From positions 20,681 to 44,680 of the forward strand of contig CALRJO020000017.1 in NCBI GenBank assembly GCA_943367565.1: DNA of 24,000 nucleotides. Reading direction: 5' to 3'. The translations under genes were made by a program, and so were the position numbers. This document shows positions 9,124 to 16,723 of this stretch, in pieces (position 1 is the stretch's first letter; each line of letters opens with the position of its first letter). The notes under the pieces are model-generated. The model saw nothing but the letters and a program-made list of their open reading frames with translations. It ran no database searches and had not been told where the DNA came from. This DNA is from Brevundimonas vancanneytii. GTDB taxonomy: Bacteria; Pseudomonadota; Alphaproteobacteria; Caulobacterales; Caulobacteraceae.

Positions 9124-10071
9124 ATGCCTGCCGCCATCGAAACCCGGGCCCTGACCCGCCGCTTCAAACGCCATCTGGCGGTCGACGCCGTCTCGCTGAC
9201 CGTGCCGGCCAAGGCCGTCTATGGCTTCCTCGGCCGCAACGGAGCCGGCAAGACCACGACGTTGAAGATGCTGCTGGGCCTGATCCGGCCCAGCACGGGA
9301 ACGGCCCGCATCTGCGGCATAGACGTGGTCCGTGACCGTCTGGGCGCCGCGCGTCAGGTCGGGGCGCTGCTGGAGGCGCAAGGCTTCTACGGCAATCTGT
9401 CCGGGGCCGAGAATTTGGACCTGACCCGGACCCTGATCGGCCTGCCCCGCACGGAGATCGACCGGGTGCTGGAGGTGGTCGAGATGAGCGACCATGCCCG
9501 GCGCCGGGTTTCGGACTATTCGCTGGGCATGCGCCAGAGGCTGGGTCTGGCGCGGGCCATGCTGGGCGCGCCGCCGGTGCTGGTCCTCGACGAGCCGACC
9601 AACGGACTGGATCCGGACGGCATCGCCGATATGCGCCGCTTCCTCGGCGAGCTGCCGGCCCGGACAGGGGCGACGGTGCTGCTGTCCAGCCACCTGCTCG
9701 GCGAGATCGAACAGACGGCGACCCATGTGGGAATCATCCATGAGGGCCGGCTGGTGCTGGAGGGCGAACTGGCGCGGCTGAAGGCGGACCTGGCCCCGGA
9801 GATCGCGGTCGAGACCGATGACCCCGTGCGCGCCGCCGAACTGGCGCGGGCGCGAGGCTTTGCGGTCTCGCCGTCGCCCGACCGGATCGTCGTCGGCCTC
9901 AAGCCCGGCGAGGACGCCCGCGCCGCCTCGGCCGTTCTGAACCGCGCGCTCGTCGAGGCCGATATCGCCGTCTTCGCCATCGGGCCGCGGGCCCGGACCC
10001 TGGAAGGCATCTACCGCGAGGTTTCGGCCCCGCACTCCGCCCACCCCCTCATGCAGCCGGAGCTGGTCTGA
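9124..10071 (+). CDS. ABC transporter ATP-binding protein (ABC-2 / bacitracin-lantibiotic exporter-like)
   Basis: Walker A GRNGAGKTT, signature YSLGMRQRL, Walker B VLVLDEPTNGLD, H-loop SSHLL. 315 aa. Confidence 0.9.
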   Translation: MPAAIETRALTRRFKRHLAVDAVSLTVPAKAVYGFLGRNGAGKTTTLKMLLGLIRPSTGTARICGIDVVRDRLGAARQVGALLEAQGFYGNLSGAENLDLTRTLIGLPRTEIDRVLEVVEMSDHARRRVSDYSLGMRQRLGLARAMLGAPPVLVLDEPTNGLDPDGIADMRRFLGELPARTGATVLLSSHLLGEIEQTATHVGIIHEGRLVLEGELARLKADLAPEIAVETDDPVRAAELARARGFAVSPSPDRIVVGLKPGEDARAASAVLNRALVEADIAVFAIGPRARTLEGIYREVSAPHSAHPLMQPELV

Positions 10072-10810
10072 TGTCCGCCGCCCCCTTCTTCGCCCCCCTC
10101 GCCGTCGAGGTCCGCAAGCTGAACCGATCCCTGGCGGCCCTGCTCGCCGTCGCCGCGCCGGCGCTGATCGCCGTCTTTGGCTTCTTCATGGTTCTGAGGG
10201 CCGACAAGGCCTCAGCCTGGGACCTGTGGATGATGAACGCCGCGGGCGTCTGGGCCTTCTTCATGATGCCGATGAGCGTCACGGCCCTGGCCGCCCTGGT
10301 CGCCCATATGGAGCACGGGCCGCGCAGCTGGGATCACCTGCGCGCCCTGCCCCTGCCCCGCTGGCGCCTGTATGCGGCCAAGACCGTCTGCGTGCTGATC
10401 GTCGTGGCCCTGAGAGCGTGGGCGTGGTCGCCTTCAGCTGGGCGGGGGTCAGTCTGGCAGGCGCGATCAAGCCCGAGGCGGCGCCGACCGGGGTGTTCGA
10501 CCTCGCGGCCTATGCCCGGCTGATGGGTATGATGTTTCTCGCCGGCCTGTTGCTGATCGCCATCCAACTGTGGACCGCCTTGCGCTTCGCCAGCTTCGTG
10601 CCCGGCCTCGTGCTCGGCATCGCGGGCACCTTCTTCGCCGTCGTCGCCACCTCGGCCAGACAGGGCGTCTTCCTGCCGTGGCAGATGCCGGTGAACATGC
10701 TGGCGTCAGAGGCGTGGCGGGTGAACACGGCCCTTGGGCTGGGCTGCGGACTGGGTGTCGTCGCCCTGATCCTGATGACCGTCCACCTGTCGCGGCGCGA
10801 GGTGTTGTGA
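10071..10810 (+). pseudogene. ABC-2 transporter permease interrupted by a frameshift
   Basis: The N-terminal part runs in the frame of ATG 10071 (TGATG overlap with the ATPase stop). The hydrophobic continuation ...SVGVVAFSWAGVSLAG... to the stop at 10810 is in the frame of track ORF 10226..10810. The 740-nt span is not a multiple of 3, and the switch is near 10405..10420. Confidence 0.7.
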
Positions 10811-10812
10811 AG

Positions 10813-10845
10813 CGTCGTCCCGCCGCATGAGGCGGGCCAGCGACG
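10813..10845 (+). terminator. GC-rich hairpin downstream of the permease (possible terminator, no T-tract)
   Basis: CGTCG-t-CCCGCC gcatga GGCGGG-ccag-CGACG. Inner stem 10819..10824/10831..10836, outer stem 10813..10817/10841..10845. Confidence 0.35.
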
Positions 10846-10886
10846 CCGGGCCTGTGGTCAGCACGATCATGGCCGACTCCTGCGAT

Positions 10887-10901
10887 TGCGAACGGTTCGC
10901 A
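10887..10901. promoter_or_regulatory. perfect 7-1-7 dyad TGCGAAC-G-GTTCGCA (Fur-family-like operator architecture)
   Basis: A 15-bp perfect palindrome lying 22 nt upstream of ATG 10924 and 67 nt upstream of ATG 10969. Flanked by additional TGCGA/TTGCGC half-site-like copies at 10881 and 10905. Confidence 0.4.
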
Positions 10902-10923
10902 GATTTGCGCGGATCACCCCCGC

Positions 10924-11403
10924 ATGGCAAGCCCGAAGACGGACAGCGATCCGTTCGGAGCATCACCCATGCGTGAAGACGGCGCGTCCCCTGTCACCGC
11001 CAAGAGCTGCGGCGACTGCGGTCTGTGCTGCAAGCTGATGGGGGTGACCGCGCTGGACAAGCCCGCGGGCAAATGGTGCCGTCATTTCAGCAAGTCAGCG
11101 GGCTGCGCCATCTACGATGATCGGCCCGGCGACTGCCGCATCTTCAACTGCCTGTGGCTGCTGACCGAGGCCCTGGACGAAGACTGGAAGCCGACCACGG
11201 CCGGCTTCGTGCTGCACAGCGAACAGGGCGGGGCGCGGCTGGTGGTCGAATGCGACGCCGCCCGGCCGCACGACTGGCGGCGCGAACCCTGGCAGTCGAC
11301 ACTGCGCCGCTGGGCCGCCGCGCCGGGTCAGGAGGTGCTGGTGTTCGCCGGATCGCGCGGCGTGCGACTGGGCGAGCCGGACACGCCGGTGCGCCGGGTC
11401 TGA
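10924..11403 (+). CDS. YkgJ-family (CxxCxxCC) cysteine-cluster protein
   Basis: CGDCGLCCKLMGV...KWCRHF...GCAIYDDRPGDCRIFNC matches the zinc/iron-chelating UPF0153 pattern. The start could instead be ATG 10969, which has GGAG 9 nt upstream. Confidence 0.7.
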   Translation: MASPKTDSDPFGASPMREDGASPVTAKSCGDCGLCCKLMGVTALDKPAGKWCRHFSKSAGCAIYDDRPGDCRIFNCLWLLTEALDEDWKPTTAGFVLHSEQGGARLVVECDAARPHDWRREPWQSTLRRWAAAPGQEVLVFAGSRGVRLGEPDTPVRRV

Positions 11404-11410
11404 CGCCCCG

Positions 11411-12319
11411 CTAGCGGAGATCCACCGACTGGGCGATCTGTTCAGCCAGGTCGCGGTCGGCGCCGTCCAGACTCATGGTCCAGATGTGGATCTCGCTCGG
11501 CGTCGCCGACCGCTGGAACAGATGCTCCACGGCGCGGCGCACCCCGTCCACATTCGAGAGAATCGAGGCGCGGCCCCCCGCCTCGACCATCTGGCCGCTG
11601 TAGATCGGGAACTGCGACGCCGGGCCCGTATAGACCATGACGAAGGACTGGCCGCCGCGCCGGATCGTATAGATGCGGAAGTCCGGGCCGGGACGGCCGG
11701 TGACGATCTCGAACCCCGACGGCAGGTCGGCGGTGAACGGCAGGGCGGCGCGGGCGGCGCTGTCCAGCACGGTGAGGGCCGGAGCAGGCGGCGGCGGCGG
11801 CGCGAGCTCTTCCAGAGGAACCGTCGGCGGGGGCGCGGGCGACGCACCGGGCGGCGTGAAAGGCGCGGAAGGCGGCAGGACCGGACTGGGCAGGGCGGAA
11901 CGCGGCGGCGTGATCGGGACCATCCTGGGCTGCGGCGCGGGGTCGGTCGGGATCGGCGTCAGTCTCGGCGTGATCCCGCCCGGCGGAGGCGTGAAGGGCT
12001 GTGACGGCGGCAGGACGGGGGTCGGCGCGACGGACCGCGGGGGGGCGCTCGCCGGAGGTTGGGCCGGATCCGGCGCGGGACGCGGCGACGGCGTGACTGT
12101 CGCGGCCGGCGGCGGAGTCGCGGAGGCGCTCAGCGGCTCATCCGCTGTCACTGGAGCCGGAACCGGCGCCAGATAGGTCGCCGGCGCGGGAGGGCCGCTG
12201 TTCAGGTCGAGGGTCACACTGCTGGTCGGCGGGGCGGGCGCGGGCTGGGCCGGCGGCGGCGTCTGGGCCTGGGCGGCTCCGGCGAGCAGCAGGGCGGCGG
12301 CGGTGACGAGGACTTTCAT
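11411..12319 (-). CDS. secreted proline-rich protein with an uncharacterised C-terminal globular domain
   Basis: Track ORF trimmed to ATG 12319, preceded by GAAGGGGGAAAG. Signal peptide MKVLVTAAALLLAGAAQA|QT, then about 160 residues of P/A/T-rich sequence, then a ~120-aa non-repetitive domain. Confidence 0.7.
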   Translation of the reverse strand: MKVLVTAAALLLAGAAQAQTPPPAQPAPAPPTSSVTLDLNSGPPAPATYLAPVPAPVTADEPLSASATPPPAATVTPSPRPAPDPAQPPASAPPRSVAPTPVLPPSQPFTPPPGGITPRLTPIPTDPAPQPRMVPITPPRSALPSPVLPPSAPFTPPGASPAPPPTVPLEELAPPPPPAPALTVLDSAARAALPFTADLPSGFEIVTGRPGPDFRIYTIRRGGQSFVMVYTGPASQFPIYSGQMVEAGGRASILSNVDGVRRAVEHLFQRSATPSEIHIWTMSLDGADRDLAEQIAQSVDLR

Positions 12320-12336
12320 GGGGCGACTTTCCCCCT

Positions 12337-12483
12337 TCACCCCGCGAACGGCAAGGCCCTGAGCACATAGGCGACCACCGCCGTCACCGCCGAGGCGGCC
12401 ACGGCGAGGCCCGCGAACCAGGCCAGCCGCTTCCACAGCGGACCGGACGCCTCGCCGGACTCGGGGGGTGGAACGGGGTCAAT
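12337..12483 (-). CDS. small single-TM peptide downstream of cydB (DUF2474/CydX-like); start codon unresolved
   Basis: Not in the track (<60 aa). Minus-frame reading: IDPVPPPESGEASGPLWKRLAWFAGLAVAASAVTAVVAYVLRALPFAG*. The frame is open 12337..12585 and has no ATG/GTG/TTG upstream of the TM segment. Candidate starts are ATT 12483 (overlapping the cydB TGA) or CTG 12438. Confidence 0.45.
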   Translation of the reverse strand: MDPVPPPESGEASGPLWKRLAWFAGLAVAASAVTAVVAYVLRALPFAG

Positions 12484-13513
12484 GATGATAGCCGGACTCC
12501 GTGTCGACCTTGCCGCGGAACACCCAATAGACCCAGGCCGTGTAGCCGAGGATGGCGGGCAGGATCGCCAGCGTCCCGACCAGCATCAGGCCGAGGGCGT
12601 TGTCGGGCGCCGCCGCCTGACGGAAGTCGAGGGCATAGGGGACGACATAGGGCATGAAGCTCGCCGCCAGACCGATATAGCCCGACAGGAAGACCAACAG
12701 CGCGCCGATGAACGGCCAGACGTGAGACCCCTTGCGCGCCATCACCAGCACGGTCCCGAGCCCGATGAGCCCCAGCGCCGGAATGGCCAGCAAGGGCATG
12801 AGCGCCGCCCAGTCGACGCCGCCGCCGGCGCCCATGTCGAAGCCCCAGCGCAGGGCGATCCGGGGATGGACGAACAGGGTGGCCACGCTGACCGCGGCCA
12901 GCAGGGCGCCGACGCCCCCCGCGCTGATCAGGGTCCAGCGCCGGGCGTCGCCGTGCAGGCTGTCCTTCGTCTTCATCATCAACCACGCTCCGCCCAGCAG
13001 GGCGTAGCCGGCCACGATCCCCGCCGCGACAAGCAGGGTGTAGGGCGTGAACCAGTCGAACGGCCCGCCCGCGAAACGGTCGTTCTCGACCGTCACCCCC
13101 TGGATGAAGCCGCCCAGGATCAGCCCCTGGGCCAGGGCTGTCACTATGGATCCGCCGGCGAACATCTGGGTCCAGAATTTGCGGCCCCGGTTGCGCGCGC
13201 GGAAGCGGAACTCGAACGCCACCCCCCGCAGGATCAGCCCGGCCAGCATCAGCAGGACCGGCAGGTAGAAGGCCGGCATCAGCACCGAATAGGCCAGCGG
13301 AAAGGCCGCCAGCAGGCCGCCGCCGCCCAGCACCAGCCAGGTCTCGTTACCGTCCCAGACGGGCGCCACGGTGTTCATCATCACGTCCCGGTCTTCCTTC
13401 GATTTCGCGAAGGGGAACAGGATGCCGATGCCCAGGTCGAACCCGTCGAGGGTGACATAGAGCAGGACGGCCGTGGCGATCAGTCCCGCCCAGATCAGCG
13501 AAAGGTCCAGCAT
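12479..13513 (-). CDS. cydB: cytochrome bd-type ubiquinol oxidase subunit II
   Basis: Track ORF trimmed to ATG 13513 (TGATG overlap with the cydA stop). MLDLSLIWAGLIATAVLLYVTLDGFDLGIGILFP...WDGNETWLVLGGG...YWVFRGKV. 344 aa. Confidence 0.92.
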   Translation of the reverse strand: MLDLSLIWAGLIATAVLLYVTLDGFDLGIGILFPFAKSKEDRDVMMNTVAPVWDGNETWLVLGGGGLLAAFPLAYSVLMPAFYLPVLLMLAGLILRGVAFEFRFRARNRGRKFWTQMFAGGSIVTALAQGLILGGFIQGVTVENDRFAGGPFDWFTPYTLLVAAGIVAGYALLGGAWLMMKTKDSLHGDARRWTLISAGGVGALLAAVSVATLFVHPRIALRWGFDMGAGGGVDWAALMPLLAIPALGLIGLGTVLVMARKGSHVWPFIGALLVFLSGYIGLAASFMPYVVPYALDFRQAAAPDNALGLMLVGTLAILPAILGYTAWVYWVFRGKVDTESGYHH

Positions 13514-14931
13514 CAGGCGTCTCCCGGCGTGGTGTCGGCGGGCGCCTTGGCCAGGGCGGAGCCTGGCGCGCGATCCTGGCGCGGCGCGGGCTCCGCGGCT
13601 CCCGCCACCGGCCCTTCGGCCATCAGCCGCAGGATGAAGAGGGCGCCGGCGGTGAACACCAGGGAATAGACGAGGATATAGGCGATCAGGCTGGTCGCGA
13701 CCTCGCCCGTCGTGACCGGCGACACCGCGTCGCGAGTTCGCAGCACCCCCTGCACCACCCAGGGCTGGCGTCCGACCTCGGTGACCATCCAGCCGGCGAG
13801 CACGGCGATGAAGCCGGACGGTCCCATGACCACGCAGAAGCGAAGGAACCACGGCGTCTCGAACAGTTTGCGCCGCCAGATCAGGAACGCCCCCGCCGCC
13901 CCCAGGACGATCATCAGCAGGCCCAGCCCGACCATGATGCGGAAGCCGAAGAAGGGAATGAAGGGCGGCGGCTGATCCTCGCGCGGCCAGGCGTCGAGAC
14001 CCAGAATGACCTCGTCGCGCGGCAGGTTCTGGACCGCATTGCCGATGCCCGGAATGGAGACCTGGAAATGGTTCTTCTGCGCGTCGCGGTCGGGAATGCC
14101 GAACAGATGCAGCGGCTGGTCGGCGCGGGTTTCCCAATAGCCCTCGATCGCCGCCGTCTTGGCGGGCTGATATTTGTGGGTCACCTCGCCCGACAGATGC
14201 CCGACGACCAGTTGCAGCGGCGCGAGCACGGCGATCAGGCCGACCGCCATGACCAGTGCGATCCGGCTCTCGGTCCAGCCTTCGACGGAGCCCTTCGCCC
14301 GCTCCTTGAGCACCCGGTAGGCCGAGGCGGCGCCGACCACGAGACCCGTGGTCAGGAAGGCCGCGAGCAGCATGTGCGCCAGACGGGTCGGCAGGCTGGG
14401 GTTGAAGATCACCTCCATGAAATTGGTGGCCTCGAAGGTGCCGTCGGCCATGATCTGGAAGCCTTGAGGCGTCTGCATCCAGCTGTTGGCCGACAGGATC
14501 CAGAAGGCCGAGATGGACGTTCCGACGGCCACCAGGACCGTGGCGAGAAAATGCAGGCGCGGCCCGACCTTCTTCCAGCCGAACAGCATGACGCCAAGGA
14601 AGGAGGCCTCGAGGAAGAAGGCCGTCAGAACCTCATAGGCGAGCAAGGGTCCTATCACCCCGCCGGTCAGGCGAATGAACTCCGACCAGTTGGTCCCGAA
14701 CTGGTAGCTGAGCACGACGCCGGAAACGACGCCCATGCCGAAGCTGAGCGCGAAAATCTTGACCCAGAACAGATAGAGGACCTTGAAGGCGTCGCGTTTC
14801 GTCCAGAGCCACAGGCCCTCGAGCACCGCGAGGAAGGCGGCCAGCCCGATCGTGAAGGCCGGGAAGAGGATATGAAACGCGACCGTGAACGCGAACTGAA
14901 GGCGTGACAGCAGGAGTGCGTCGAGTTCCAC
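13513..14931 (-). CDS. cydA: cytochrome bd-type ubiquinol oxidase subunit I (short Q-loop, CIO-like length)
   Basis: Trimmed to GTG 14931 (VELDALLLSRLQFAFTVAFHILFPAFTIG is the conserved N-terminus). GWMVTEVGRQPW is present. 472 aa, shorter than the ~520 aa of long-Q-loop CydA. Confidence 0.88.
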   Translation of the reverse strand: MELDALLLSRLQFAFTVAFHILFPAFTIGLAAFLAVLEGLWLWTKRDAFKVLYLFWVKIFALSFGMGVVSGVVLSYQFGTNWSEFIRLTGGVIGPLLAYEVLTAFFLEASFLGVMLFGWKKVGPRLHFLATVLVAVGTSISAFWILSANSWMQTPQGFQIMADGTFEATNFMEVIFNPSLPTRLAHMLLAAFLTTGLVVGAASAYRVLKERAKGSVEGWTESRIALVMAVGLIAVLAPLQLVVGHLSGEVTHKYQPAKTAAIEGYWETRADQPLHLFGIPDRDAQKNHFQVSIPGIGNAVQNLPRDEVILGLDAWPREDQPPPFIPFFGFRIMVGLGLLMIVLGAAGAFLIWRRKLFETPWFLRFCVVMGPSGFIAVLAGWMVTEVGRQPWVVQGVLRTRDAVSPVTTGEVATSLIAYILVYSLVFTAGALFILRLMAEGPVAGAAEPAPRQDRAPGSALAKAPADTTPGDA

Positions 14932-14967
14932 AGGGGCAGCCCCAAATAACCCTAATATTTGTGAGGC

Positions 14968-14994
14968 TTTATACCCATGCCCGCGCCCTGTCCA
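14968..14994 (-). promoter_or_regulatory. possible sigma70-like promoter for cydAB (TGGACA-N15-TATAAA)
   Basis: On the minus strand, TGGACA at 14994..14989 and TATAAA at 14973..14968, inside an AT-rich patch. The 15-nt spacer is short, so this is weak. Confidence 0.25.
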
Positions 14995-15040
14995 TGGCCC
15001 TTCCGCCGCGCGACGGTCGGTCGCATTCCTGGGTTCGAAT

Positions 15041-16723
15041 TCAGGCCGCGGGCAGCTCGACCCAGAAGGTGGCGCCCTCGCCCGGGGCCGAAGTGACGCC
15101 GATCGAGCCGCCCTGCAATTCCACCAGCCGCTTGGCCAGGGCCAGGCCGATGCCGTGACCTTCCACCGTCGAACGCTCCAGGCCGAGGCGGTTGAAGGGT
15201 TCGAACAACTGGGTCTGTTTCTCGATCGACAGGCCGCCGCCGCGGTCGATGACTTCGATGCGGACGCCGTCGTAGATCTTGCTGGCGCGGAAGATGACCA
15301 CGCCGCCCGCGCCGCCGTATTTGACCGCATTGGAGGCGAGGTTGGCGATGACCTGTGTCAGGCGCTGGGAGTCGGCCAGCGCCACCAGACCGTCGCCTTC
15401 GCTGATGACCTCCAGCCGGATGCCTTCCGCGTCGGGGCGCAGGGTCGTGGCGCGGCGCACGTCCTCCAGAACACCCGGCACGTCCGTCGGGCGCAGCTCG
15501 ACCTTGACCGCGCCGGATTCGGCGCGGGCCACGTCCAGCAGGTCGTGAGCGAGGGTCTCGACCTGACGGGCCGTCTTGACGAGCATTTCGGCCATCTCGA
15601 CCTGGGTCGCCGAGACCGGCCCGAGCTGGCCTGCCTTCCACAGCTCGCCGATGCCGATCCCCCCGCCGACGGGGCTCTTGATCTCATGGGCGACATTGGC
15701 GAGCAGGCGCGACTTGGCCTCCGACGCCCGTTCGGCGCGGACCTGGCCCAGCCGGGCGCGATCGGCGAAGCGGTCGCGCTCCTCCAGCAGGGCCGCGACC
15801 AGCATGACGGGCAGGTATCCGAACAGGACCAGCAGCTGGGCCATCATCGCCCGATCCGGCCCCTCGAAGACCGCGGCATAAGGACCGAAGCCCCGCATGC
15901 TGCCGCCGACCGCCACGATAGAGATGATGACCAGCGCTGCGGTGATCCCCAGCATGCGCAGGCGCACCGCGATCAGCAGCAGCAGCGGCATGGTGACGAA
16001 GCCGATCGGCAGCCTCTGCTGCGAGAACACCGTCCAGCACAGGACTGTCAGCCCCCCCAGCAGGATCACCGCCTCGAGCGTGCGGGCCGGGACACGATAG
16101 CGGGCGACCTCGCGCTTCGTCAGGGCCAGGCCGAAGCTGGACAGCACGGCGATGCTGAGCGCATGGCCGAACCACCACGTCTGGGCCGAAGCCAGGAAGT
16201 CGGCGCCGGTCATCCACCAGAGCATGCCGGCGGCGAAGAGGGCCGCGGGTAGGGGAGCGACGACGGCGGCCGCCAGCAGAAACCGGCAGGCGCCCTGCAC
16301 CGAGGCGAGATTCAGGGTCGGCGCGAACCGCCGCGCCAACAGCACGGCGGCATAGATTTCCAGCATGTTGGCGACGGTGAACATCACCGTGAGCTCGGTC
16401 GAATTGCCGACCAGCAGATTGCCCGCGGCGATCCCGGCCGCGATCAATCCCCCGAACGAGAGGTCGTAAAGCGGGCCCCGCGACGTCCGGAGCCAGACGG
16501 CGACCGCGACGCCGGCCGCGCCCCACAGCGCCGCCACCATACCGGCTGACCGCGCGAAGGTGAGGGCCAGCACGACCAGAATCATCACGGCCATGGCGGT
16601 GAAGATCGGCGCCATCGGCTGGCCCGTGCCCGCCGGACGCCCGCCGGCGCCCGCGGGCGCCTTTTTCGAGGCGTCGACGCTGAGGGCGGACTCTGTCGGG
16701 TCGAGCGCGCGGCTCATGGTCAT
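15041..16723 (-). CDS. sensor histidine kinase with a MASE1-like integral-membrane sensor domain
   Basis: Trimmed to ATG 16723 (MTMSRALDP...), because the longer ORF would overlap thiE. About 8 hydrophobic segments. H-box NVAHEIKSPV, N-box NLASNAVKY, G-boxes DRGGGL and GHGIGLALAKRLVELQGG. No receiver domain, and no response-regulator gene in the window. Confidence 0.85.
   Translation of the reverse strand: MTMSRALDPTESALSVDASKKAPAGAGGRPAGTGQPMAPIFTAMAVMILVVLALTFARSAGMVAALWGAAGVAVAVWLRTSRGPLYDLSFGGLIAAGIAAGNLLVGNSTELTVMFTVANMLEIYAAVLLARRFAPTLNLASVQGACRFLLAAAVVAPLPAALFAAGMLWWMTGADFLASAQTWWFGHALSIAVLSSFGLALTKREVARYRVPARTLEAVILLGGLTVLCWTVFSQQRLPIGFVTMPLLLLIAVRLRMLGITAALVIISIVAVGGSMRGFGPYAAVFEGPDRAMMAQLLVLFGYLPVMLVAALLEERDRFADRARLGQVRAERASEAKSRLLANVAHEIKSPVGGGIGIGELWKAGQLGPVSATQVEMAEMLVKTARQVETLAHDLLDVARAESGAVKVELRPTDVPGVLEDVRRATTLRPDAEGIRLEVISEGDGLVALADSQRLTQVIANLASNAVKYGGAGGVVIFRASKIYDGVRIEVIDRGGGLSIEKQTQLFEPFNRLGLERSTVEGHGIGLALAKRLVELQGGSIGVTSAPGEGATFWVELPAA

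Noticed and set aside
8-10044. Very long ORFs antisense to recognisable genes: 8..1525(-), 1868..3178(-), 3734..4651(+), 4735..5880(-), 5992..7233(-), 9109..10044(-). Similar ones lie further right: 12482..13669(+), 14068..14907(+), 15155..16252(+).
   Set aside because: Their translations are Arg/Gly/Ala/Pro-rich low-complexity sequence with no motifs. Each lies opposite a gene with clear family signatures. This is the usual shadow-ORF artefact of stop-codon-poor, GC-rich DNA.
15028-15045. GGTTCGAAT, a tRNA T-loop-like motif, within CCTGG-GTTCGAAT-TCAGG at the 3' end of the histidine kinase gene.
   Set aside because: The loop is 8 nt rather than 7. The stem needs a G-T pair. No acceptor, D or anticodon arms can be drawn around it. 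It overlaps the HK stop codon. Most likely a chance palindrome (TTCGAA/GAATTC) or a small 3' hairpin.
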